64,000 nt of DNA from Candidatus Baldrarchaeota archaeon (GTDB lineage: Archaea > Asgardarchaeota > Baldrarchaeia > Baldrarchaeales > DXJG01), in assembly GCA_019056805.1 (NCBI GenBank), contig DXJG01000007.1:1992-65991 (forward strand). The letters run 5' to 3'. Shown here piece after piece: positions 1-10,464 of this stretch (its first letter is position 1; each line of letters starts with the position of its first letter). The position numbers and the translations under genes were made by a program. The notes beneath the pieces are model-generated. The model was not told the origin of the DNA. It did not search any database and worked only from the letters and a program-made list of their open reading frames with translations.

Positions 1-246
1 ACTCCTACAATAATTTATGATCATCATTTGTTAAGAGATGCAAAATATCGTGAAAGAGTAAGCAAAGTGTATGATGTAGCAAAAAGAGAAGATAAATATG
101 TTTTAACAGCAGCTGAGTTTTTGGGCGAAGAACCCATGATAATTAAAGCTATTAAATGGAAAGAAAACGAAGAAGAACTCGAAGAATATATAAAAATGGC
201 TCAAAAAGAAATGGAAAGTTTCATACGAAAAACTAAACAAAAATAA
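1..246 (+). CDS. Hypothetical protein, C-terminal fragment (reading frame is open to the window start)
   Basis: ORF track 28..246; the same frame has no stop back to position 1, so the gene probably begins upstream of the window. No recognisable motif. Confidence 0.4.
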   Translation, partial: TPTIIYDHHLLRDAKYRERVSKVYDVAKREDKYVLTAAEFLGEEPMIIKAIKWKENEEELEEYIKMAQKEMESFIRKTKQK

Positions 247-257
247 AAAGGGTTGGG

Positions 258-3200
258 TTATTGTTTTGAGGGTTTAACTAGACTTTTTTCCATTGCTGCT
301 CGCTTTCTTTTGCGCATAATTACTATAGCTACACCGATTATTGCCACAGCAATTATTACGAGGTACATTAATGGTATTTCTCTTGGTGGTGGTGCTTCTT
401 CTCCTGGTTTACCTATTGTTGGTATCCAGCCAGCCAAGAATTCTGCTAATGAGCTTACTATTGTTTTCTTTTGTTTGCCGGAGTATACTACTACTTCAGG
501 GTCTTCGTAGACGAAGTATCCGTCCCATTTCGGAAATCCTACGCTTAGGAAGTACATGGTACTTTGGAATGTCCATCCGCCAACGCTTGTTTCAGATTCG
601 TAGTCTGTGTACGTTGCAACGAAGGTGCTTAGCGGAATTGTGTGAGTTGAAACGTTGCAAACCATGCTTAGGTTTCCGCCCCAGATGTATGTGTCACCCA
701 TGTTTACCTCTGCAAACTTTAATCCACTAGTGTCTAGTGAAATTCTTGATGCTTCTACAATTTCATCTGGGGTTATTGGTGTTCCATCTTCACTTACTAC
801 TTCCCAGCTTCCACTTGTTTCTGCGTAGATGTAATAGTTGAGTGATAAGCTTAGGTTTTCTAAAACGGCTATGCCCGTTGGTAGGTCTAGATCCCAGTTT
901 CCTATATGTTGGTCTATCTTTATGCGAGCCTCTGTACTATTTGTTGCTGTTGAGTTTTCTACGTAGAAGTGTAGTTTGAAGGATAGTTCTTCAAGTGAAG
1001 CGTCTACCGGGCGTTCTTGGAATGTGCGGAGATCTGTGCCATAAATTTCTTCACCATACCATGCGTAGTAGCTTCTTCCAAACGGGAACATTGTACCATT
1101 AATGTCAAGATATGAAACACCGAATTCTACGCTTTCGTTTATTGGAAGTGTTAACATTCCGGTTTCATTGTAGATGCCAAAGGCTTCTCCGGGAGTAACG
1201 AATATTACATTGCCTACAGCTTCAGGTATGAAGTAATGAGTAGCCTCGTCTTCATCCATGATCAGATTGTCATTTGTATCGTTGTAGATAAATATACCTG
1301 CGTATTCGTATCTAAGATCTACATGGTAGGATTGGAAGGTTTCATTTTCTCCTGTTGAAACCCAGTATGATTGTTGGAAGCCGAACCAGAGCCATGTCCA
1401 AGTGACTTCTTCTTTAACCCAGTCCCAACCTTCTTCTTCAGCCTTTTTGAGGTAGTCTTCCCATGTCATGTTTCTTGCCATTCTTGCAATGTCCCAGTAT
1501 CCTGATTTAGGAGCATTTCTCTCGGTGTCCCAGAGAGTTTCATTTATTATGGCCATCGTCTCTGGTGAAACTGGTGTCATGTTTGTGTAGAACCAGTAGT
1601 ATGTTTCATTCCATCTGTTCCAATAGGTATTGGTGGATGTTCCCATCCAAGCATTTACAATTAATTCATCGCCGGGTATTACTGGGTTTGGATCGTACAC
1701 TATATTAACGTCAAGGCCATTTACTGTTTCATTCCAGCCGAATTCTCCAACATATACCCTCTTAACATAGAATTGATCATCTGTTGTACTTAGATCTCCA
1801 TCTAAGTCTAGTGCACCAGTTGTAGGATCTATTGTCCACTTTCTGTAACCCCAAAGACCCCATTCAGGGGATCCAACAATTACATCCCAAACTTCGTACC
1901 TGTAGGAAACATCGCCCCACCGAAGTTCTTCAAGATGCCAAGTCACGGGGTAACCCCAAGAGAGACGAGCTACCTTGATATGCTCAACATATAGATTTGT
2001 TGTGTAATTTACACCATTTACCGTTATATTGTATATTGGGAATTCATATTCGTAAGAGTAGAGGTCATTATAGTATCTTGGCGGTATAGTGTACCACCAT
2101 TCTGGGTGCAGAAGCCAGTTGATCGGTATTAGATCGTACCATGCACCTGACACTGTGTAAATACGGTAGTAGTCATACATTAGATTTATTGATCTATACT
2201 CGTTTATCCATACTGTTGTATTGTAGGTTTCACCGTTCCATGTGAAGGTTTCTGGTCCAGGATATTCATATCCGCCTAGTTCTACGGTCACTATTCCTAT
2301 AAACTCGTAGTCTTCTAAGCTTTCCAGATCTATTCTGGAACCGTTAAGCAGATACAAAACATAAGTATTGTTTTCCCAGTCATATTCTGGTTCAGGGATA
2401 ACTGTGTAATATATGGTACCACTTACGTTTACTTCAAAAAAGACAACCCTTAGATGACGGGATACATCTAGGAGTGTTCCATTAAACAGAGTAACATTAC
2501 CAGATTCAGTGGTGGAATCGTAGGTGAAATAGTCAACATATAATTTTATTAGGCTTTCTCTATCGTATGATCCCTGGTTTGTCAGATTTCCTATGAATAT
2601 TGCAAATCCTATTTCTTCGATATCCCAACAATCTATTCCAGATACCTTCGTGTATAAGCCTTGTCCCTTTGTAATGCTATAGGTCACACCATCTACGATA
2701 ATGTATCCTGTCGTAGCACCCTCATAATCGTAATGAATAAGGTACAAGGAACCATTTACTAAGGCGTAATCGTCTTCAGGAACTGCTCCACCCTCGCTCT
2801 TTGGCTGCTGTAGGCACCACCATGAAAGCCATTCGTACTCGTCACTTACACCTTCATATGGAAGCTCTACTCTTTCTTCTCCCACTAAGGTGTAATACCA
2901 AGATCTTTTGAACCATTCGGGTACAATTATGGACTTTCCATTGTATTCCCCGACATAATATGCTGATGGATATTCGATGTAGTATCTTTTACCATTTCTT
3001 TCAAAGTAATACATGTACATATAGTCGTAGTCATACCTTACGTAAATCTTTGTTCCGTTTTCAAGTAGAATATAGTATTCCTGTGCTATGTAGTCCCAGT
3101 CTATCCACCCCTTTGTAAGGTTAACCCATGTGGTTCCATTGATAACGGTAAAGTAACCACCAAACTCGACTGGTACTCTGCCGATCTTCTCAACGTTTAA

Positions 3201-6200
3201 ACAATAATTGTAGTCTGCTAACCATATAATTTCTCCATCTAGAGTAATTATGAAGTAGGCTTCTTCAAAAATACTCCACCATGGCGAACTCATATACGTT
3301 GTAATGTTGTAAGTCTCGCCAGTAGTTTCGTCGTAGATTGTTGCATTATATATGAATGCATGGTATGCTTCATATACGTAAATCTTTGTTCCGTTTTCTA
3401 ATATGTAGTAGCGTTTGTATTCGTAGGTTGTTGGATCCCATTCTTCACGTAGCAATCTGTATTCGTATTCGTATCCGTTCCAGAACTTTATTTCTTTTAA
3501 CGGTAGTTTTTCGCCGTTTATTAATATGTAGGGCTTACTTAAGATGAGATATTTCTTGCCATTTGATGTTTCTGCATAGTATCTTGTCTCTGGGTTGGGT
3601 ATGTATACTTCAACGCTTCCATTATTAATGGTATAGACTTTGCTGTATGCCCAGTCTTCTAAAATATGTTCTCCCCATGGTTCAGTATAATCTGGACCAT
3701 ATGTCCAGTTAAGCAAGTTAACACTAAAACTGTATCTTTGGTCATTGGCGTATTCGGTGAAACTCATATTCACTTGAATGAGATACTTTCCATCTTCTGT
3801 GGCGAAAGCACTATAATTGTTTACAATAATATAGGTTTCGTTTACGACTGTGTCTTTGTGATGCCAGTCTAGCCACATATTTATCCATTCACCAGAAGTC
3901 TGGTTGAAAGAGTAGTGTTCCCAATGCCATCCTTCAACTTCTTCCATCGTACCTGTGGTCTCATTCCATATTTCGTACGTACCATACTCGTAGACCTCTT
4001 TGTTAGTTTGATTGTAAACTATTATTTCTGTGGTGTTTTCTCTTAGATTTATTGTTGCAATTATTTCCAAGTTGCTCCATATAGTTTCATTTTCGCTCCA
4101 ATAGTAATTCCAACAGTTGAATCTAACTCTTATTCCATCGACATCGGTTACAAGCTGACTGCCACCTTCCATTTCTACTTCAACTATAAACCATTGGCCA
4201 GGATTAGTCGCAAAATACCAAGTTCCAGAAGTTGCTCCTTCTTGATCTCTAATTCTAACATTAATTACTGGTTTCTCTACGGAAAGTTGATGTGCATTTT
4301 CATATATCCACTCCCAGTCTCTTGGCCATATCCTCCACTGACTACTATATACGTAGTAGTCTATCCATAGGTTTGGCCCAGGATTTCCTATGAACTTCCC
4401 TTCAAATTCTAATATGATTTTATTATCTTCAACGGTTTTTGTGCCGCTTATTAGCTCGTAGAGCCGTAATTCAGAGGGTACCTCCTCGATTTTCCAACCT
4501 TCCACATAGTCAATGTATTGTCCCCATTCATCCTCTTTTAGTGTTTCATTCCAGTATTGGTAGAGCAGATAATAGTTAAAAGTACCGTCTGTATTATTGT
4601 AGAAGAGAAGCAAATTGGGTGAAGCCCAGTCTGTTGTTTCTACCTCATAATATTCTCCTGTTGTTTCGTCCCAGTAAACTCTTGTTACATTTATTTCTTT
4701 AGCAATAGTTACCCATTGCTCCATTAGATATGGTCCAAACACCCACTCCCTTGTTATTATTGTGGCATTTGGATCCCAAACATATGTGTCTAGGGTTTCA
4801 TTGTATACCCAGCCTCCATGATATACCCTGTATTCTTCATGCCACCCCGTCACATTAACATAGGTCCTCAAGCTATATGGAAGACGAATTACTATGCTGG
4901 CGTTTCTAAAATCAGCATCAGATATCCCGGTTATGTTTAGTCTTATGATAAATGTTTGGTTGATTCCAACACTACGGATTAATTCATAGTCTGTGTTTAA
5001 TATTTCTGCTAGGTACGTACCACCATACATCATGTCAAAGTATACTGCTACTTCGTCCCATGGACCGCCTATGGCGACCTCTTTGTATAAGCTTAGTTCA
5101 CTGTCCCAATAATAGTACGAGGATGTACTAATGTAATTGCTTTCATTGTCAAAGATGTTTAGATAGACATTGTATATTCCTTTTGGAGTTAGGTCGTTAA
5201 ACTGGCCTGTTATTACGAAGTTATATTGATCTGGGGTTTCAATTAGGGTTGTTTGACTTTGATTCAATGTAAAGAACTCACCCGTAGTACTGCCGTATGG
5301 GTCTGAATAGTTATAAATAGAGGTCCATGTAGACCAATCATTCGATGAGTAATCGTAGTAAATTGATAGATAGGCGGATATATTTACGGCCCACATATTC
5401 CAAGATAGATCTATTGTTCCAAGTTCGGTGCCTTCTTCAAATAGGAGTTTGGGAATTGTTATGTTTATCATTACAGGTGCGTTTAATTCAATCCATGTGT
5501 CTGGTGTAACCAAATACCAGGTTTCGGTTGTTGTGTTGTAGCAGAATATGTCGTAATGTGCTTTGGGGCCAAACTCCCAGCTTATGTCTCGGTATGTCCA
5601 GTTCCATCCCCATGTTTCGTTGTATAGTCTCCACCATACTCTTATCTCGGGTGGTAAATTCATTACTGATGGGTCGACATAAATTGCGTCTTCAGTTTCA
5701 TAGTATAGTAGCTCACTGAAGAACGGTATGATATGCAAGGTATACGTTGTATCAGCTAGCCAATTTCCTATGATTATTTTGAATCCTACAAAGTTTAAGC
5801 TGGCATTTCTTGCTCTTTCTATAGCGTCTCTTGCGTCAAAAGGCACTGAGCATTCTGGGGTCCCAAAGTCATATGACTGATAGGGTTCAACAGGGTTAAG
5901 TTCATCATTATAAAAGTCTATAAGTACTGATTCGATTGTCGCTCCGTTGTCTATGGAGGCATTAAATCCAGTTAAAAATTCAATTGCTCTTAGTTCTGCT
6001 ATTATTAAGATTTCTACAGTACCGCTATCCGCGCTTGTGTTGGAGAATGTTATAAATAGTTCTCCTTCGATGAAAGAAGCATTAAAGAAGGCTAAAACTC
6101 CTAATTCCTCATTGTAGAATATATATACATTTGGCTCTCCTTCTTCTCCTTCTTCTGGTGGTGGATATTCTGCTCCGCCTGCTTCTACTCTAAAGTGGTG

Positions 6201-6710
6201 CTCTGTGTTTTCAGTCCAGTCTCTTATGGTTACCGTAAACTTAACACAAGTTGCTCCAATGTCAGTTGCTCTTACAGCTATTTCTTCACCGTTTATACTT
6301 ATGGTTGTTCGATCTGTGCCTATGTTGGTGACTGCATAAGTATCTAAAACGTTAAATGCATCATCACAAAGATGTATACTTAATGAATCAATTATGGCGC
6401 CGCCGTCGATGCTTAGTGACAGTTCTTGTAGTCCCCTTACACCGTCAAGTGTGACGTAAATTAATAAATCTACAGTTTCACTGTCTTTTGAACTATTTTG
6501 AAAAGTGATTTCAAGCCCGTTTTCAATTAATGTATAATTGAAATAGTCTAGTGGTTTTCCTTCAGCATAATAGTCTACCATTATTACGGGGCTTTCTCCT
6601 TCCTGTTTTGGTATCATTGCCGAACTTAAGTTAATACTCGAAAGAACTATTAGTACACAAAGTATCACTGAAAAAAGAGGCTTAAAACCTATTTTATTTA
6701 CCATTTTCAT
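258..6710 (-). CDS. Giant cell-surface protein (2150 aa), signal peptide plus C-terminal transmembrane anchor, aromatic-rich and probably N-glycosylated
   Basis: Uninterrupted 6.45-kb ORF. N-terminus MKMVNKIGFKPLFSVILCVLIVLSSINLSSA looks like a signal peptide; C-terminus has one hydrophobic helix (LMYLVIIAVAIIGVAIVIM) followed by RKRKR. Very rich in Y/W/T/N/E with many N-x-S/T sequons and internal repeats (e.g. YILENGTKIYV twice). Confidence 0.85.
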   Translation of the reverse strand: MKMVNKIGFKPLFSVILCVLIVLSSINLSSAMIPKQEGESPVIMVDYYAEGKPLDYFNYTLIENGLEITFQNSSKDSETVDLLIYVTLDGVRGLQELSLSIDGGAIIDSLSIHLCDDAFNVLDTYAVTNIGTDRTTISINGEEIAVRATDIGATCVKFTVTIRDWTENTEHHFRVEAGGAEYPPPEEGEEGEPNVYIFYNEELGVLAFFNASFIEGELFITFSNTSADSGTVEILIIAELRAIEFLTGFNASIDNGATIESVLIDFYNDELNPVEPYQSYDFGTPECSVPFDARDAIERARNASLNFVGFKIIIGNWLADTTYTLHIIPFFSELLYYETEDAIYVDPSVMNLPPEIRVWWRLYNETWGWNWTYRDISWEFGPKAHYDIFCYNTTTETWYLVTPDTWIELNAPVMINITIPKLLFEEGTELGTIDLSWNMWAVNISAYLSIYYDYSSNDWSTWTSIYNYSDPYGSTTGEFFTLNQSQTTLIETPDQYNFVITGQFNDLTPKGIYNVYLNIFDNESNYISTSSYYYWDSELSLYKEVAIGGPWDEVAVYFDMMYGGTYLAEILNTDYELIRSVGINQTFIIRLNITGISDADFRNASIVIRLPYSLRTYVNVTGWHEEYRVYHGGWVYNETLDTYVWDPNATIITREWVFGPYLMEQWVTIAKEINVTRVYWDETTGEYYEVETTDWASPNLLLFYNNTDGTFNYYLLYQYWNETLKEDEWGQYIDYVEGWKIEEVPSELRLYELISGTKTVEDNKIILEFEGKFIGNPGPNLWIDYYVYSSQWRIWPRDWEWIYENAHQLSVEKPVINVRIRDQEGATSGTWYFATNPGQWFIVEVEMEGGSQLVTDVDGIRVRFNCWNYYWSENETIWSNLEIIATINLRENTTEIIVYNQTNKEVYEYGTYEIWNETTGTMEEVEGWHWEHYSFNQTSGEWINMWLDWHHKDTVVNETYIIVNNYSAFATEDGKYLIQVNMSFTEYANDQRYSFSVNLLNWTYGPDYTEPWGEHILEDWAYSKVYTINNGSVEVYIPNPETRYYAETSNGKKYLILSKPYILINGEKLPLKEIKFWNGYEYEYRLLREEWDPTTYEYKRYYILENGTKIYVYEAYHAFIYNATIYDETTGETYNITTYMSSPWWSIFEEAYFIITLDGEIIWLADYNYCLNVEKIGRVPVEFGGYFTVINGTTWVNLTKGWIDWDYIAQEYYILLENGTKIYVRYDYDYMYMYYFERNGKRYYIEYPSAYYVGEYNGKSIIVPEWFKRSWYYTLVGEERVELPYEGVSDEYEWLSWWCLQQPKSEGGAVPEDDYALVNGSLYLIHYDYEGATTGYIIVDGVTYSITKGQGLYTKVSGIDCWDIEEIGFAIFIGNLTNQGSYDRESLIKLYVDYFTYDSTTESGNVTLFNGTLLDVSRHLRVVFFEVNVSGTIYYTVIPEPEYDWENNTYVLYLLNGSRIDLESLEDYEFIGIVTVELGGYEYPGPETFTWNGETYNTTVWINEYRSINLMYDYYRIYTVSGAWYDLIPINWLLHPEWWYTIPPRYYNDLYSYEYEFPIYNITVNGVNYTTNLYVEHIKVARLSWGYPVTWHLEELRWGDVSYRYEVWDVIVGSPEWGLWGYRKWTIDPTTGALDLDGDLSTTDDQFYVKRVYVGEFGWNETVNGLDVNIVYDPNPVIPGDELIVNAWMGTSTNTYWNRWNETYYWFYTNMTPVSPETMAIINETLWDTERNAPKSGYWDIARMARNMTWEDYLKKAEEEGWDWVKEEVTWTWLWFGFQQSYWVSTGENETFQSYHVDLRYEYAGIFIYNDTNDNLIMDEDEATHYFIPEAVGNVIFVTPGEAFGIYNETGMLTLPINESVEFGVSYLDINGTMFPFGRSYYAWYGEEIYGTDLRTFQERPVDASLEELSFKLHFYVENSTATNSTEARIKIDQHIGNWDLDLPTGIAVLENLSLSLNYYIYAETSGSWEVVSEDGTPITPDEIVEASRISLDTSGLKFAEVNMGDTYIWGGNLSMVCNVSTHTIPLSTFVATYTDYESETSVGGWTFQSTMYFLSVGFPKWDGYFVYEDPEVVVYSGKQKKTIVSSLAEFLAGWIPTIGKPGEEAPPPREIPLMYLVIIAVAIIGVAIVIMRKRKRAAMEKSLVKPSKQ

Positions 6711-6993
6711 TACTTTTCCTCCAAAGTCATAACATTTATTATTACCTATTGTTGTATTATCTACTACTATAATTTAATTCTGGTAATGAAAATGTACTAG
6801 TTTGTATATATAAAAATTTTTGCAACGCGATGTTTTAGTAACATGTTATAACAAAAAGTTATCCTAGTAGTCAATGTAAGTCCGAAAACCACTCAAGAAA
6901 TTAATAAATAATAATTCACAATTTACTGTTCATAAATCGAAACCTTATTATAATATGTATTACCACAAGTCTATATCTTAGTGAAAAATAAGT

Positions 6994-7021
6994 CAATTCA
7001 CTTGAAATCCCGAGTGAATTG
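6994..7021. promoter_or_regulatory. Inverted repeat (9-bp arms CAATTCACT / AGTGAATTG, 10-nt spacer) ending about 10 nt before the start codon of the 7032 gene
   Basis: Read directly from the sequence; lies in the AT-rich divergent intergenic region between the 258..6710 and 7032..9194 genes. Confidence 0.3.
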
Positions 7022-7031
7022 AGGGATAAAA

Positions 7032-9194
7032 ATGAATGAAATATTAATTTCAGCTGTTTTGATCCTTTTACCTAATATTTTAATAGCTTTGATTGTCCTT
7101 TTGATGAGATATACTCGTTTTAAAGAAATTGCATTGCGTACAGGAATAGCCTTCTCTGCGTTTTGGCTAATATATTGTATTGGCTCAAGTATAGTTTTCA
7201 ATTTGATCGGAGTTGAACCGAACTTAGTTTATTCTTCCCGAGATTTTTCAATATCAAACTTAAAGACTCTTGCAACTTATGTAGTATCTCTAGCAATATA
7301 CTCTCTCACTTTGACAATCACTTACCCGGTTTTCATGTTCCCATTTGTTTTCTTCCTTGCTCCTATAATAGCCGTTTTAATTCTACTTTACGCCGTTAGA
7401 GGAAGAGGAATAAAAGAAATAACTTTTTGGATCGATTTAAAACCCAAAAGATTGATGGGGTGGGATGAAGAAAAAGAGGTTTTGAAACTTTTAATAGCTC
7501 TTCTACCTGTTTCTCTATATTTCTTAACATCATTACTACGAATATTGAAATACGAGGAAGATCCGCTTTCGGTTGGTAGTACCTTGTTGGGCTGGGTACT
7601 TGAAATTTATATGCTTTTTCTTTTATCTTTCATAGTGGCGGTGAATCTTCTTTATACTTCTCGTGTTTATCACGGAAACAGGTTTGTAGGTGAAACTATT
7701 AGAAGAAATACCTTCAATAATCTCTTATCTATAAGTATTGTGCTTTCGTCCGTAAGTCTTATACTTTTTGTACAAATTTTCAAGGGAATCATCTACGTTT
7801 TCATATACTTCTCACTATATTACATTGCGATAACTATTATTTTCCTTTCATTCTTCAAAGTAATGGAACCAACTTCCGTGTATATCTTTGCTAAAATTCT
7901 AACTTTTATGAGAGATGAAAATAAATTCCAAAGAATATTTGAAAAAAGAACGCTTGTACTAGGCATTATAGTTGGTATAGTGGTTACTTTAGCTTCTCTT
8001 TTCTGCACATACGCTTTTATATCGGTTTATTGGAGCTACGTGAATATAGATCTAGATGCCCTTTTAGGTGAATGTTCTTTAGATAGCAGCCCCTCCCTGG
8101 AAATTTTGGAAATTTTAAACATACTTATTTCTTTAGGATCTTTACAAAGATTTTTTGAAATAGCAATTATAATGTTTCTTATCTATGCGCTCAGAAATAT
8201 GGTTAAAATAAAATTTTTCATAGCTGGCATATATGTAGGCATATTTAAGGTATTTGCTGACTATCCCCTTTTACAGCGCGCAACTAAAGCTTGGACTACA
8301 ACTGTATTTTCAAGTGCGAACATTGGTTTCGTCAACATTTTAGTTCCAAGGTTTGCCTATCTAGGATTGACAACTTCTTATCTGGGTTCATCTGTCTATC
8401 AATTTATAGTCATACCTATACTTCTCCTTAAACTTTTAGCAACACTCTTAGTTTTTACTGTTTTAGTTTACTTAAAATTTGGTAAACTTGTTCAGTTTAT
8501 CGATGTTGAAGCTGGACATCAAATAAAATATATATGTGAAGTTGAACCTGACTATATTACTCCTAACTCGTTGATAAAACTGAAAATAGCAAAAATATTT
8601 GAAGAAAAAATTCCAGAAGATCTTTTACAGATCGTAGAATTCTTTAAGACAAAAACATACACTTTTCAAGAATTAAAAGAAAAATTAGGCATGCCTGATG
8701 AAAAATTAAAGAAAATTCTCCGATATCTGCATGAAAATTACATTATTGACATTTACGACTGCGAATTTAAAATAGTTACACCAGCACCAGTGATAGAAGG
8801 AATATATATTGTGAATACAGACGGTATAGCTCTGTACAGTAAGTCATTTGGTGAAGTAAAAGTCGAACCTTTATTGATTTCAGGTATGCTTTCAGCAATA
8901 ACTAGCTTCGTTAAAGAAACAACAAGAAGTCAACAATATTTGCAAGCTATTGATCACGGTGATGTCGTTCTCATGATAGAATATGGAGATGGATTTTTCG
9001 TCACCCTTTTGGCGAACAGAGAAACCCCTGAAATTCGTATGAAATTAAGGGAATTTGTTAGGCGATTCCAAGAAAAATACGGTGAAATTCTCAAACGATG
9101 GAGTGGAGATCCCGGTGAATTTGAAAATGTTGAAAAATTAGTCAATGAAGTTTTTGAAATCACATCTACTAGTGAAGAAATAACCACTACCTAG
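7032..9194 (+). CDS. Polytopic membrane protein with C-terminal cytoplasmic domain (putative roadblock/longin-like alpha/beta domain)
   Basis: First ~500 aa contain many hydrophobic helices; C-terminal ~220 aa are hydrophilic with pattern GIYIVNTDGIALYSKSFG...LISGMLSAITSF...FFVTLLAN...KRWSGDPGEF, homologous to the C-terminus of the 48963..51935 protein. Confidence 0.8.
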   Translation: MNEILISAVLILLPNILIALIVLLMRYTRFKEIALRTGIAFSAFWLIYCIGSSIVFNLIGVEPNLVYSSRDFSISNLKTLATYVVSLAIYSLTLTITYPVFMFPFVFFLAPIIAVLILLYAVRGRGIKEITFWIDLKPKRLMGWDEEKEVLKLLIALLPVSLYFLTSLLRILKYEEDPLSVGSTLLGWVLEIYMLFLLSFIVAVNLLYTSRVYHGNRFVGETIRRNTFNNLLSISIVLSSVSLILFVQIFKGIIYVFIYFSLYYIAITIIFLSFFKVMEPTSVYIFAKILTFMRDENKFQRIFEKRTLVLGIIVGIVVTLASLFCTYAFISVYWSYVNIDLDALLGECSLDSSPSLEILEILNILISLGSLQRFFEIAIIMFLIYALRNMVKIKFFIAGIYVGIFKVFADYPLLQRATKAWTTTVFSSANIGFVNILVPRFAYLGLTTSYLGSSVYQFIVIPILLLKLLATLLVFTVLVYLKFGKLVQFIDVEAGHQIKYICEVEPDYITPNSLIKLKIAKIFEEKIPEDLLQIVEFFKTKTYTFQELKEKLGMPDEKLKKILRYLHENYIIDIYDCEFKIVTPAPVIEGIYIVNTDGIALYSKSFGEVKVEPLLISGMLSAITSFVKETTRSQQYLQAIDHGDVVLMIEYGDGFFVTLLANRETPEIRMKLREFVRRFQEKYGEILKRWSGDPGEFENVEKLVNEVFEITSTSEEITTT

Positions 9195-9333
9195 CTTAAA
9201 TCAACACATATTATTTTGTTAAGTTTTTGTAGAAATTTGGTGTCATCTTATTTCAAAAGATTTATAAGACATTTGAAGGATGTTGATTCCTCTCCTTTTG
9301 TTAAAAGGCGAGAAAATTTGGAGTTGAGGCATT

Positions 9334-10464
9334 TTGGGTTTTAAAGAATTAAATATTGGAGACAATGTTCTATCAGCAATTTACACGATGGGCTATGAAG
9401 AACCATCACCTATACAAAAAGAGACAATACCATTGATTTTATCTGGAAGAGACGTAATAGGACAGGCGAGGAGTGGAAGTGGAAAAACAGCGGCTTTCGG
9501 TATACCTTTAGTAGAAATGACAGACCTAGCGGATCATAATGTTCAAGCTTTAATACTTACACCAACAAGAGAACTGGCAGAGCAAGTATCGAGGGAAATA
9601 GCTAACATCGGAAGAAAAAGAAGAGTAAAAGTATATGCCATTTATGGTGGCGTACCCATTGGACCTCAAATGGAAAAATTACGGAGAGGAATACATATAC
9701 TTGTTGGGACTCCTGGACGTTTACTTGATCATTTACGGAGAAGGACATTAAATCTTCGAAATGTTAGAGTGGTTGTTTTAGATGAGGCTGATAGAATGCT
9801 TGATATGGGCTTTATAGACGATATTTCAACAATTCTTTTCCATGCAAAAAACAGAAAACAAACGTTATTATTTTCTGCGACTATGCCTTACGAGGTAATA
9901 GAATTATCAAGAAAGTATATGAAGAACCCTATAGCTGTAAAAATTTCTCGAGACGAGTTAATTGTTGAACATATAGACCAATATTATGTTGAGACAAGTC
10001 GAAAAAATAAGTTAGAAGTTTTAATGAGAATCTTAGATGAACATCATGGGAAGAAGATCATGGTTTTCTGTGCAACAAAGAGAAAGACAACGCATGTCGC
10101 TTGGAAACTGAGAAAATCAAGATACTCTACACTTTGTTTGAATGGAGATATGACTCAAGGTCAAAGAAACTGGTCAATGGCAGTCTTTAGAGAACCAGGT
10201 AGCAAAATACTTGTAGCGACCGACGTAGCTTCCAGAGGAATAGATGTACCCACGACAGATTTGGTGATAAACTTCGATATTCCAAGGAATTTGAAAGATT
10301 ATGTTCATAGAATAGGTCGAGCAGGAAGATTTGACAGAAGAGGAAAATCTATAACACTAATAACACAAGAAGATCACTCATTCTTAAGAAGAATACTTAG
10401 ATCTAACAAAATGGAAAAATACTATTTCAGCGGTAAACGTAAATTTGATAAACGTAGATTTTAA
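9334..10464 (+). CDS. DEAD-box ATP-dependent RNA helicase
   Basis: Motif I GQARSGSGKT, Ia PTRELA, II VLDEADRMLDMGF (DEAD), III SAT, VI HRIGRAGR. TTG start per ORF track. Confidence 0.93.
   Translation: MGFKELNIGDNVLSAIYTMGYEEPSPIQKETIPLILSGRDVIGQARSGSGKTAAFGIPLVEMTDLADHNVQALILTPTRELAEQVSREIANIGRKRRVKVYAIYGGVPIGPQMEKLRRGIHILVGTPGRLLDHLRRRTLNLRNVRVVVLDEADRMLDMGFIDDISTILFHAKNRKQTLLFSATMPYEVIELSRKYMKNPIAVKISRDELIVEHIDQYYVETSRKNKLEVLMRILDEHHGKKIMVFCATKRKTTHVAWKLRKSRYSTLCLNGDMTQGQRNWSMAVFREPGSKILVATDVASRGIDVPTTDLVINFDIPRNLKDYVHRIGRAGRFDRRGKSITLITQEDHSFLRRILRSNKMEKYYFSGKRKFDKRRF

Noticed and set aside
341-730. 129-aa plus-strand ORF (and 253..510, 3356..3547, 3666..3872, 5528..5719) inside the giant minus-strand gene
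   Set aside because: Fully embedded antisense or alternate-frame ORFs with low-complexity Leu/Arg/Cys-rich translations; typical shadow ORFs of a long coding region.
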